64,000 nt of DNA from positions 22,148-86,147 of the forward strand of contig CAVPLL010000002.1 of the NCBI GenBank assembly GCA_963706005.1, in the 5' to 3' direction. Below, piece after piece: positions 31,009-39,753 of this stretch. The stretch is from an uncultured Actinomycetes bacterium (GTDB lineage: Bacteria; Actinomycetota; UBA4738; HRBIN12). The notes beneath the pieces are model-generated. The model saw only the letters and a list, made by a program, of their open reading frames with translations, did not search any database and was not told where the DNA came from. A program made the position numbers and the translations under genes. Numbering within the stretch: position 1 is the stretch's first letter; every line of letters begins with the position of its first letter.

Positions 31009-32423
31009 CGTCCGGCGTCCGCACCCGGTTCGCGCCCGCGCCCTCGGGCTCCATCCACGTCGGCAACGTCCGGACCGGCCTGTTCTCGTGGGCGTTCGCC
31101 CGTCACCATCGCGGAGCGTTCGTGCTTCGGATCGAGGACACGGACGCGTCGCGCGTCACCGAGGAGGCGTTCCAGGGCGTGATGGACTCGCTCCGGTGGC
31201 TGGGGATCGACTGGGACGAGGGCCCCGACGTGGGGGGGCCGCATGCGCCCTACCGCCAGTCGCAGCGGCTGGACATCTACCGGGAGACGACGGACAAGCT
31301 CCTCGCCCAGGGGGACGCCTACCGCTGTTACTGCACGGAGGAGGAGCTCGAGGAGCGGCGCAGGGCCGCACTCGCGCGCGGCGACGCCCCGGGCTACGAC
31401 GGCATGTGCCGAGACCCGGGCGTCCGCGAGGCGTTCGAGGCGGAGGGCCGGTCCGCGGCGATCCGGTTCGCGATGCCCGAGCGCGAGCACGTGGTGCACG
31501 ACCTGGTGAAGGGCGAGGTCCGGTGGGCGCCGGGGCACCTGCGCGACTTCGTGCTGGTCCGCTCGGACGGCTCGCCCGTGTTCCTGCTCGCCGTGGCCGT
31601 CGACGACATGCTGATGCAGATCACGCACGTGATCCGCGGCGACGACCTGCTCGCGAGCGCCCCCCGCAACGCCGCGGTGATCGAGGCGCTCGGCGGCACG
31701 CCGCCAGCGTACGCCCACGTCCCGCAGGTGAACGGCTCGGACGGCAAGCCCCTGTCCAAGCGCCATGGCTCGACCAGCGTCGAGGCGTTCCGCGAGCACG
31801 GCATCCTGCCCGAGGCGCTCATGAACTACCTCGCGCTGCTCGGCTGGTCGAAGGACGCGGAGACGACGTTCCTGTCTAAGCAGGAGCTCATCGACGCGTT
31901 CGACCTCGAGCGCGTGTCGAGGAACCCCGCGCGGTTCGACACCGAGAAGCTCGAGTGGATGAACAACCATTACGTCCAGTCGCTCGAGGACGACGACCTC
32001 GCTTCGCGGTGCCTGCACTTCCTCTCGGTCGCCGGGCTGTCGCCCGACCTCGAGCTCCTGCGACGCGCGATGCCGCTCGTGAAGGAGCGGATGAGGACGC
32101 TCTCGGACTCGGTGACGCTGCTGCGGTTCCTGTTCACGGACGACATCGCGCTCGACGAGAAGGCGGCCGGCGTGATCTCGAAGGCGCCCGAGGGCTACCT
32201 GAGGAGCGTGGCCGACGGGCTGGCCGAGCTTCGGCCCTGGGAGGCGGAGGAGATCAAGGCCAGGCTCGACGAGCTCGCCACTGCCGGCGGCCTCAACCGC
32301 ACGAAGGGCTTCCAGCCCGTCCGCGCCGCGGTGACCGGATCCACGGTCTCGCCGCCGCTGCCCGAGTCGCTCGAGCTGCTGGGGCGCGAACGCACGATCG
32401 AACGCCTGAGGGCGGTCACGTGA
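31005..32423 (+). CDS. gltX: glutamate--tRNA ligase
   Basis: [33 protein letters not shown] (HIGH-type motif) and KLSKRHG-type [8 protein letters not shown]. GTGA overlap with the FAH stop. Confidence 0.95.
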   Translation: [472 protein letters not shown]

Positions 32424-33130
32424 GGCGGGCCCTCGTCCTGCTCGTCGCGGCGCTGGTGCTCGTCGCGCCCGAGGCGGTCTCCGTCGCCGGGACGCCCCCC
32501 GACCCGGGCGACGTGAAGCCGCAGATCGTCTGGAAGAAGATCCCCTTCGGCGCGCGCCGCAAGCGGCAGATGGCTGCGTACTCGAGACGCCACTACGGCG
32601 AGCGCACGTACGAGCTCTCGGACCCGCAGGTCGTCGTGGAGCACTACACGGACGGGACCTCGTTCGACTCGGCGTGGAACCACTTCGCCGCCAACGGCAC
32701 GCACCTCGGCGAGAAGCCCGGCGTCTGCGCCCACTTCATCATCGACACGGACGGGACGATCTACCAGCTGGTGAACCTCCGGGTCCGGTGCCGGCACGCG
32801 ATCGGGATGAACTGGACCGCGATCGGGATCGAGCACGTCGGCACGAGCGCCCACGCGATCCTGGACGACCACGACATGATGCGTGCATCGCTGCGACTGA
32901 CGGTCTGGCTCATGTCCCGATACGGGATCTCGTGGGGCAACGTGATCGGCCACGCGGAGACGCTCCAGAGCCCGTACCACCAGGAGCTCTACGACGACTG
33001 GCGATGCATGACGCACGCCGACTTCAACCGCTCGGAGATGCGGATCTACCGGCGGCGGCTCAAGCGGGTCGCCGATCGGCTGGATGTACCGATCGGCGCG
33101 GGTCCGAACTGGGTCGACTCGGGCTGCTAG
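32420..33130 (+). CDS. N-acetylmuramoyl-L-alanine amidase (amidase_2/PGRP-type), secreted
   Basis: Signal VRRALVLLVAALVLVAPEAVSVAG, then HYTDGTSF...CAHFIIDTDGTIYQLV...IGIEHVG...VIGHAE. GTGA overlap with the gltX stop. Confidence 0.8.
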   Translation: MRRALVLLVAALVLVAPEAVSVAGTPPDPGDVKPQIVWKKIPFGARRKRQMAAYSRRHYGERTYELSDPQVVVEHYTDGTSFDSAWNHFAANGTHLGEKPGVCAHFIIDTDGTIYQLVNLRVRCRHAIGMNWTAIGIEHVGTSAHAILDDHDMMRASLRLTVWLMSRYGISWGNVIGHAETLQSPYHQELYDDWRCMTHADFNRSEMRIYRRRLKRVADRLDVPIGAGPNWVDSGC

Positions 33131-34125
33131 GTCGTCGCGAGCGCCCGTCGGAGCACGTCGGCGGCGTCCTCGGGGGCGACGGTGTTGATCGCCATCGCGG
33201 AGCCGATCTCGAACCCCGCCACCGTCGAGATGCGAGGGATGAGCTTGAGGTGCCAGTGGAAGACCTGCTCGGCGTGCCCGCCGTTCGTGGGCGCCGAGTA
33301 CATCACGAGGTTGAAGTCGGGATCGCCGCATGCCCGGCGCACCGCGGTCAGCGTTCGGATCAGGATGCCGGCGAGGTCGTCGACCTCCTCGTCGGCGAGG
33401 TCCCCGAACGAGCCCTGGTGGAAGGTCGGCGCGATCCACGTCTCGAACGGCGTCTGCGCGGCCCAGGGCTCGAACGCCACGAACCCCCCGTACTCCTCGA
33501 CCATGCGCACGCGCGCCCGGCGCTCGGCCTCGAGCAGCTCGTCGTAGACGCAGGCCCCGTTCTCGTCGAAGTACCGGGTCGCCACGTCGAGCCGGCGGAG
33601 CAGTCGCGGCAGGAACACGGGCGTCGCGACGATCTGCGAGTGCGGGTGCGTGAGCGAGGTCCCGGCCAGGGTCCCGAAGTTCTTGAACACGACCACGGCC
33701 CGCACGTCGGGCTGCCCGATCAGCGCGCGGTACCGCTCCCGCCACACCCAGACGACCCTGGCGACCTGCTCCTGAGTCATCTCGTCCATGCGCCCGTCGT
33801 GGCGGGGCGTCTCGATCACGACCTCGTGGCTCCCGATCCCGGGCATCTCGCGGAACATCGGTTCGCCCGAGCGGCCCGCCGAGCCGTCGCCCGAGAGCGC
33901 CGCGTACATGTTCGGGACGACCCGGACCTGCCAGTCCGGGCCCGGCGGTTGCCGCAGGATCTCGGGGGGCGTCTGGTCCTCGTTGCCCGGGCAGAACGGG
34001 CAGGAGGGGTCGCGTTCGGGTAGCTCGGGCCGCGGCATCACGACGGGCACGTGCGGACGCTCCTCGCGGCGGGTGGCGAGGATCGCCCACTGGCGGGTGG
34101 TCGGGTCCTGTCGGAGCGTGGACAT
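33127..34125 (-). CDS. galT: galactose-1-phosphate uridylyltransferase family (GalT / nucleotidyl-hexose phosphorylase)
   Basis: CPFCPGNE zinc motif and the active-site HPHSQIV (HxHxQ). Confidence 0.8.
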   Translation of the reverse strand: MSTLRQDPTTRQWAILATRREERPHVPVVMPRPELPERDPSCPFCPGNEDQTPPEILRQPPGPDWQVRVVPNMYAALSGDGSAGRSGEPMFREMPGIGSHEVVIETPRHDGRMDEMTQEQVARVVWVWRERYRALIGQPDVRAVVVFKNFGTLAGTSLTHPHSQIVATPVFLPRLLRRLDVATRYFDENGACVYDELLEAERRARVRMVEEYGGFVAFEPWAAQTPFETWIAPTFHQGSFGDLADEEVDDLAGILIRTLTAVRRACGDPDFNLVMYSAPTNGGHAEQVFHWHLKLIPRISTVAGFEIGSAMAINTVAPEDAADVLRRALATT

Positions 34126-34154
34126 GAAGGTTCGGAGGGTAACGAAACGGTGGA

Positions 34155-34466
34155 TCAGGCGCGACGGCGCTTCGGTGAGAGCGCCCGGCCGAGGAAGGCG
34201 AGCAGCCCGGCGAGGAGCACCGGGAAGACCGCCACCGAGAAGACCAACAGCGTCAACACGACCCCGACGTTGGCGGTCTCCGAGGAGAAGGTCGTCCCCT
34301 TGATGATGGCGTACACGTTCACGACCACGTAGAAGGTGACCGGGACCATGAAGGGGAGCATCACGAAGACCCCGAGCGTGATGGACCCGATCCCGAGCGC
34401 CAGGAACCTGGATCCGAACGGTCCCATCTCCGCGCCGGCGTCGTCCTGCGGTTCCACGCCGGGCAT
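34155..34466 (-). CDS. small integral membrane protein (three predicted TM helices), hypothetical
   Basis: MPGVEPQDDAGAEMGPFGSRFLALGIGSITLGVFVMLPFMVPVTFYVVVNVYAII...VVLTLLVFSVAVFPVLLAGLLAFL. GGAGGTAGG RBS directly upstream of the ATG at 34466. Confidence 0.5.
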   Translation of the reverse strand: MPGVEPQDDAGAEMGPFGSRFLALGIGSITLGVFVMLPFMVPVTFYVVVNVYAIIKGTTFSSETANVGVVLTLLVFSVAVFPVLLAGLLAFLGRALSPKRRRA

Positions 34467-34576
34467 CCTACCTCCGGGGTCGCCGGCGGATCCGCGCTCC
34501 CACCAGGGTCGCGAGCGGTCCGGATCGCTCGCGCGACACATGGGACGGGAACGGGACGGTGGAACGGAACCCGAGG

Positions 34577-35989
34577 TCAGAAGTTCAGGAGCCGGCTCCG
34601 CTGGAGCGACTGGACCGCGATCCGCTTGAAGACGTCCTGGAGGTCCTCGCCCCGAGACTCGCAGAAGTAGAAGTCGCCGTCCGCGTTCTCGCTCGTGGCG
34701 CAGCCGCCCGGCTGGTTGTCGTTCGAGGGGAGCCCGGTCGCGGTGAACGGGCTCGCCGCCGTGGAGAGGAACCTGGTCGCCCACGCGTTGGCCCACGATC
34801 CCGTGTCGTACTGGCAACGAGCGCCCACGGCCCCGTACGCGAGCGAGAAGAACGTCGTCCCGGCCGCCTTGGCGTTCGTCGCCGACGTCACGGCGTAGGA
34901 GCAGGGGGAGAAGCCGTACGGCTCGTTCGATTCACCGTCGGCGAAGAAGACGATGACGTTGGGGGCATCCGGCCGCCCCTGGTTCAGGAGCGCCTGCGCC
35001 TGGCGCAACGGTTCGCCGTGGTTGGTTTGACCGTGGCTGTCGCTGCGCCCGTTGACCGTGACGTTCGTGGAGCCCGCGCGCTGGAGGCATTGGATATCCT
35101 GCACGAGCGTGCTTCCCGGGTTGAGGGCCCCGCCGGGCAGGCGGTAGTCGTTCGACAGGCCCACGACCTGCCAGCGAGGCAGGTCCGACGTCGGCGCGGG
35201 GTACCGATACGTCTGGGTCGTACTGATGGCGCACGGGTTGCTCGAGCTCTTGTACGGGAGCGCCACGAGCCCGATGGACACGTCGCTCGGGTCGTAGTAC
35301 TCGAGCATGGAGTCCTCAGCTGTACTCGTGTCGAGGATCGCGTCCTTGAGGTTGGCGATGTCGCTGACGGACATGCTCGACGTGCGGTCGATGACGAGCA
35401 CCACGTCGAGCGGCGACTCGCTCTGGCCGCAGTAGCCCTGGCATGCCGCCGCGCGAACGGCCCCGGTGTTCCCCTGGTCGAAGCCCAGGACCGGCGCGAA
35501 GAAGTACGGGACGACGCTCGACGCGGACATCCGGATCGTGTTGCAGACGATGCCGGTGTACGGGTCGCAGGCGTGGATCGCCTTGCCGCCCCGCGACGTC
35601 CACCCACCCGTCCACGAGTGGCTCCCGCAGGCGAAGCCCAGGTCGAAGGCGTCCCCGCCACCGTTGCCCTCGGGGTCGGATACCACACAGGCGAAGTTGA
35701 TCGACAGGCCCGCCGACGCGAGCTTCGGGGCGTTCTGCACGGCGATCTGCCGCGCGGTCGCCTCGGCGGCCGCGGCGGTCGCTGGGGTGGAGACCGGCAG
35801 GAGCGTGGCGCCGGCGAGCGAGCCGAGGTCGACCGCGGCCTGGATCAGGTGCCGCTCGTGCCGGAGCCGGGCAAGGTCGAACGTCAGGGCGGCCGAGCCG
35901 GCCAGCACGACCATGAGGATCGCGACGGTGAGGGCCACCATGCCCTGCTCTTCCTCTTTGAGGCGAGCGCGGAGACGCTTGATGCTCAC
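34577..35989 (-). CDS. TadG-like pilus-assembly-related protein with von Willebrand factor A domain
   Basis: N-terminal TM/Tad motif GMVALTVAILMVVLAGSAALTFDLARL...AVDLGSLAGA and a vWA MIDAS-like VVLVIDRTSSMS. The GTG start overlaps the tadE-like stop (GTGA). Confidence 0.7.
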   Translation of the reverse strand: MSIKRLRARLKEEEQGMVALTVAILMVVLAGSAALTFDLARLRHERHLIQAAVDLGSLAGATLLPVSTPATAAAAEATARQIAVQNAPKLASAGLSINFACVVSDPEGNGGGDAFDLGFACGSHSWTGGWTSRGGKAIHACDPYTGIVCNTIRMSASSVVPYFFAPVLGFDQGNTGAVRAAACQGYCGQSESPLDVVLVIDRTSSMSVSDIANLKDAILDTSTAEDSMLEYYDPSDVSIGLVALPYKSSSNPCAISTTQTYRYPAPTSDLPRWQVVGLSNDYRLPGGALNPGSTLVQDIQCLQRAGSTNVTVNGRSDSHGQTNHGEPLRQAQALLNQGRPDAPNVIVFFADGESNEPYGFSPCSYAVTSATNAKAAGTTFFSLAYGAVGARCQYDTGSWANAWATRFLSTAASPFTATGLPSNDNQPGGCATSENADGDFYFCESRGEDLQDVFKRIAVQSLQRSRLLNF

Positions 35990-36471
35990 TGGCCCTCGAA
36001 CCTGGCCTCGGACACCGACTTCATGTCCACATGGGAGCCGAGCCCGACGAAGTTCGGCAGCGGGGTGAGGAACGGGTAGGTGTACTCGACCGTCACGCGA
36101 ACGATGTCGCCCTCGTCCCAGGCGCTCGGCGCCGGGCACGGGCCGAAGGAGCCGCCGGTGATCCCGCAATCGACCTGGACGGTCAGGTTCGTCTGGTCGA
36201 GGAAGCTCGTGGTCCCGCGGACGCGCGCCTCGATCTCGCCCACGTTCGGGCTCACGGCGCCGACCCGCGCGCCCTCACGGGCGGCGTTCTGCGTCGCGTC
36301 CCACGAGTGGTAGGCGTATCCGAACTCGAGGATCCCGAGGACGAGCAGCAGGAGGACCGGCATGATCAGCGCGAACTCGACGGCGATGGCGCCGCGCTCA
36401 TCGCGGGCGCGCAGCAAGGAGCCCCTCTTGCTGGGTGCGCGATCCTCGGGCGGGGGTCGGTAGTTGTCCAC
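35986..36471 (-). CDS. TadE/TadF-like family protein
   Basis: ERGAIAVEFALIMPVLLLLVLGILEFGYAY is the canonical TadE N-terminal motif. Confidence 0.8.
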   Translation of the reverse strand: MDNYRPPPEDRAPSKRGSLLRARDERGAIAVEFALIMPVLLLLVLGILEFGYAYHSWDATQNAAREGARVGAVSPNVGEIEARVRGTTSFLDQTNLTVQVDCGITGGSFGPCPAPSAWDEGDIVRVTVEYTYPFLTPLPNFVGLGSHVDMKSVSEARFEGQ

Positions 36472-36712
36472 GAGTGCGTTTCCCTCTGCGTTGCAGACTA
36501 GGGAGCCGTGCCTCGCGAGGCCATAGCCCGTCCGGCGAATTCAGCAGGGAGACGGGGCTAGACCGAAGGACGTAGAACGCTCGTGCGATCGGCTCGACGC
36601 GCTGGCGTTGGTCCCGATCGCCATCAGGGTCCGGGGCCCTCGAAGGCCGTGACCTGTGGGAGGGTCGCGGCCGGGAAGCTCGACCCCGACACGGCGAGTT
36701 GCGTCCACGATC

Positions 36713-37042
36713 CTACCTGGGCCGGATCTCGACCACGCCGTCGACGACCCGAGTCTCGTAGGCGGGGACGGGTTCGGTCGCGGGCCCGCGGAGGACCCTC
36801 CCGTCGGCGAGATCGTAGGTGCTGCCGTGCAAGGGGCACTGCACCGTTCGGAGCGAACCCCCGAACCTAACCGGCCCCTTGTGGAGCGGGGCGCCCTGGT
36901 GCGAACAGCGGTTCCCGATCGCGAACAGCTCGTCGCCGCTTCGGACGAGGAGCACGGCCGAACCGTCCAGGTCGACCCGAACGGGCTTCCGATCAACGAG
37001 ATCGGTCAGGGCCAGCGCGGGGAACCAGCCGTCATCCGCCAC
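36713..37042 (-). CDS. Rieske (2Fe-2S) ferredoxin-type protein
   Basis: 109 aa with CSHQGAPL...CPLHGSTY (CxH...CxxH). Divergent from the dsrE-like gene. Confidence 0.85.
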   Translation of the reverse strand: MADDGWFPALALTDLVDRKPVRVDLDGSAVLLVRSGDELFAIGNRCSHQGAPLHKGPVRFGGSLRTVQCPLHGSTYDLADGRVLRGPATEPVPAYETRVVDGVVEIRPR

Positions 37043-37175
37043 GATCGGCGCATCATCGCATCCGCGCCCCCACGGCGCCCGAGCTGGTACCCCGCTGGGA
37101 CCGGGGCGGAGGGACCCTCACTTCCCGGGTCGTCCGGTCCGGCACCGGTTGCGGGCGGACTCCTACCGTGGTCTC

Positions 37176-37192
37176 GGGCACATAAGTGTCCC
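37176..37192. promoter_or_regulatory. imperfect inverted repeat GGGCAC-ATAA-GTG(T)CCC immediately upstream of the dsrE-like RBS
   Basis: Read directly. It is the only AT-rich patch in the 170-bp divergent region 37043-37211 and ends 6 nt before AGGAGGTG. Function is untested. Confidence 0.2.
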
Positions 37193-37211
37193 AACCATAG
37201 GAGGTGTGGAG

Positions 37212-37580
37212 ATGGCCGACCAGGAGAAGCTCGTGTTCATGGTCACGCACGGGCCGGACGAGGCGGAGCTCGCCACGATCCCGTTCGTGATGGCTGCGGC
37301 GGCGGTCGCCTCGGACGTGGATGTCGTGATGGGCTTCCAGGCCGAAGGCGTCCGTCTCGTCCAGGAGGGCATCGCGGAGAAGGTCGAGGCACCGGAATTC
37401 GCCCCGCTGCGTGAGCTCCTTCCCAGCATCCTGGAGTTCGGGGGGAAGCTGCTCGTCTGCAACCCCTGCCTCAAGAGCCGGCAGATCCCCGAGGAGGCCC
37501 TCGTGCAGGGGGCGGAGATCGTTGCCGCCGGACGCTTCATCGCGGAGATCACGTCGGCGACGAACTGCCTCGTCTACTAG
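37212..37580 (+). CDS. DsrE/DsrF-like sulfur relay family protein
   Basis: MADQEKLVFMVTHGPDEAELATIPFVMAAAAVASDVDVVMGFQAEGVRLV...GGKLLVCNPCLKSR fits the DsrE fold pattern. AGGAGGTG RBS. Confidence 0.75.
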   Translation: MADQEKLVFMVTHGPDEAELATIPFVMAAAAVASDVDVVMGFQAEGVRLVQEGIAEKVEAPEFAPLRELLPSILEFGGKLLVCNPCLKSRQIPEEALVQGAEIVAAGRFIAEITSATNCLVY

Positions 37581-37622
37581 GTCGCAGGGACCGAGCGGTC
37601 CCGCTGGATGGAGGGACATGAG

Positions 37623-37889
37623 ATGACAACCGCACTCGACGACGCTCAGGTCGCGTCGCTCGTTCCCGAGAAGGTCGTGGATGCTCGCGGGTCCGCGTGT
37701 CCCGGTCCGCTCCTGGAAGCCAAGAAGGGCATCGGAGCGGTCGGGATCGGAGCCGTCCTCGAGATCTGGTCGAGCGATCCGAAGACGAAGTCCGATGTCG
37801 AGGCGTGGGCTGGCAAGGTCGGCCACGGGTTCCTCGGGGTCCTGCCAGCCGACGGCTACGAGCGAGTGTTCGTTCGTCGGCAGAAGTGA
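37623..37889 (+). CDS. TusA-like sulfurtransferase
   Basis: DARGSACPGPLLEAKKG carries the TusA CPxP active-site motif. About 88 aa. GGAGGG lies 6 nt upstream of the ATG at 37623. Confidence 0.8.
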   Translation: MTTALDDAQVASLVPEKVVDARGSACPGPLLEAKKGIGAVGIGAVLEIWSSDPKTKSDVEAWAGKVGHGFLGVLPADGYERVFVRRQK

Positions 37890-37948
37890 TCGGCGGCGCC
37901 GGGGGCGGATCGCTGTCCCGCCCCGGGCCCTGAGGAGTTGAGGTCGGA

Positions 37949-38395
37949 ATGGACTCGGCGACGGTCGGGGATGCACGACCGACGAGGGTGCTTGTGCTCG
38001 CATCGTTGCTCTGCGCCTATCCGGGGATCGACTCGACCGGGCAGGCGCACCTCGAATACCCTGCGAACACCTACGTCCTTGCGACGCCCGACCCCGTCAT
38101 CTTCCCCGAGCACTTCTACCTGTACTGCTTCGATCACGGCATCGACGCCATCCTCATCGCGTCCTGCGGCACCGACAGCCCGTACGAGGGGACGTACGAG
38201 CAGCTCGCGGCTCGCGTCGGCCGGGTCTACACGGCGATGAAGACGCGAGGGCTCGACATCCGGCGGCTCAGGCTCACCGCGATCTGCAGCGTCTGCACGA
38301 AGGCGTTCGTGAAGGAGGTCTCGGACCTCGCGGAGCTCGTCGCGGAGCTCGGGCCCGCGGGTTCGGAAGTGACGTCGGGAGGTGTGGCCGCGTGA
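37949..38395 (+). CDS. MvhD/FlpD-like (methyl-viologen-reducing hydrogenase delta subunit family) protein, divergent
   Basis: RVLVLASLLCAYPGIDSTG...YPANTYVLATPDPVIF...GIDAILIASCGTDSPYEG...RLRLTAICSVC follows the MvhD layout. Several canonical Cys positions appear substituted (judged from memory of the family). The stop overlaps the next gene's GTG. Confidence 0.55.
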   Translation: MDSATVGDARPTRVLVLASLLCAYPGIDSTGQAHLEYPANTYVLATPDPVIFPEHFYLYCFDHGIDAILIASCGTDSPYEGTYEQLAARVGRVYTAMKTRGLDIRRLRLTAICSVCTKAFVKEVSDLAELVAELGPAGSEVTSGGVAA

Positions 38396-39753
38396 ACGCC
38401 CTCCCCGATGACCTGATGGGTCCCAAGCCGGCAGCGCGGACGGTCTGGACGGACGTGCTCGTCGTCGGCGCCGGGATCGCGGGTCTCCAGGCCTCCCTCG
38501 ACCTCGGCGACCAGGGGTACCACGTCCTGCTCGTCGAGCGGGATGCGAGCATCGGCGGCCACATGATCGGGCTCTCCAAGGTGTTCCCGACCATGGACTG
38601 TGCGAGCTGCATCACGACGCCGAAGATGTCCTCGGCGGCGCATCACGAGCTCGTCTCAACGCTCACGTACAGCGACGTCCGGTCGATCGAAGCGGTCGGA
38701 GACACCTTCGAGGCGACGATCGTCCGGCGACCTCGCTACGTCGACGAGGACGCGTGCATCGGCTGTCGGCTCTGTGAGTACGCGTGCCCCGTCGACGTGC
38801 CGCACGAGTTCGACGGCGCGCTCGGTGCCCGGCGCGCGGTCTACGTGCCGTTCGGGACGGCGATCCCCCAGAAGGCCGTGCTCGACCTCCCGAACTGCAT
38901 CCTGTGCGGGAAGTGCGTGAAGGCCTGTCCGACCGACGCGATCGATCTGCAGCAGGAGCCGGAGACGATCGAGGTCCGCGCCAAGGCCGTCGTCCTCGCG
39001 ACCGGCTTCCGGCCGACCCGGACCGACGCCAAGCGCGAGTACGCGGCCGCGGGAGCGTCGAACGTGATCAGCGGGCTCGACATGGAACGCCTGCTCGCGC
39101 CGAACGGCCCGTACGGGCGGGTGCTGCGCCCCTCGGACGGGAAGATCCCCGAGAGCGTCGCGTACGTGCAGTGCGCCGGTTCGCGCGACGAGACGCTCGG
39201 CGTGCCGTACTGCTCGCGCGTCTGCTGCATGTACGCGATCAAGCAGGCGATGCTGCTGTCGGGCGCGTTGCCGCTCGCGGACATCACCATCTACTACATG
39301 GACATCCGAACGTTCGGCAAGGGGTACGAGCAGTTCTACCAGACGGCTCGGTCGATGGGGATCGGATTCGTGAAGGGCAAGGTGGCGCGCGTCTCCGAGC
39401 GCCCCGATGGCGATCTCACGCTGCGTGTCGAGCTCCAGGAAGAGGGGGGTCGCGTCGCCGACGTCCAGCACGACCTGGTCGTGCTCTCCGTCGGTCTTCA
39501 GCCCGGAGACGACGTTCGTCGGTTCGCTCCCGTCGCAACGGACGCCTACGGGTTCGTCCGTTCGATGGACGCGGCGCTCGACGTCACGCGGACCGACGTG
39601 CCCGGTGTGTTCGCGGCCGGCACGGCGCTCGCACCGAAGGACATCGTCGACACGATCGCCGAGGCGAGCGCGGTCGCCGTACGGGTGTCGGCATACCTGG
39701 GTCGTGCCGCGGACGTGACAAGGGACCTGGTGGGGGTGGCCGCTCATGGGTGA
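38392..39753 (+). CDS. HdrA-like FAD/Fe-S oxidoreductase (QmoA-like)
   Basis: VLVVGAGIAGLQASLDLGDQGYHVLLVERDASIGGHM; CIGCRLCEYACP and CILCGKCVKACP ferredoxin motifs; HdrA signature CAGSRDETLGVPYCSRVCCMYA. Confidence 0.8.
   Translation: MNALPDDLMGPKPAARTVWTDVLVVGAGIAGLQASLDLGDQGYHVLLVERDASIGGHMIGLSKVFPTMDCASCITTPKMSSAAHHELVSTLTYSDVRSIEAVGDTFEATIVRRPRYVDEDACIGCRLCEYACPVDVPHEFDGALGARRAVYVPFGTAIPQKAVLDLPNCILCGKCVKACPTDAIDLQQEPETIEVRAKAVVLATGFRPTRTDAKREYAAAGASNVISGLDMERLLAPNGPYGRVLRPSDGKIPESVAYVQCAGSRDETLGVPYCSRVCCMYAIKQAMLLSGALPLADITIYYMDIRTFGKGYEQFYQTARSMGIGFVKGKVARVSERPDGDLTLRVELQEEGGRVADVQHDLVVLSVGLQPGDDVRRFAPVATDAYGFVRSMDAALDVTRTDVPGVFAAGTALAPKDIVDTIAEASAVAVRVSAYLGRAADVTRDLVGVAAHG

Noticed and set aside
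36541-36996. 151-aa minus ORF overlapping the Rieske ferredoxin gene.
   Set aside because: It is in a different frame from the 109-aa ORF, which carries the CxH/CxxH Rieske ligands. Its composition is off-frame-like.
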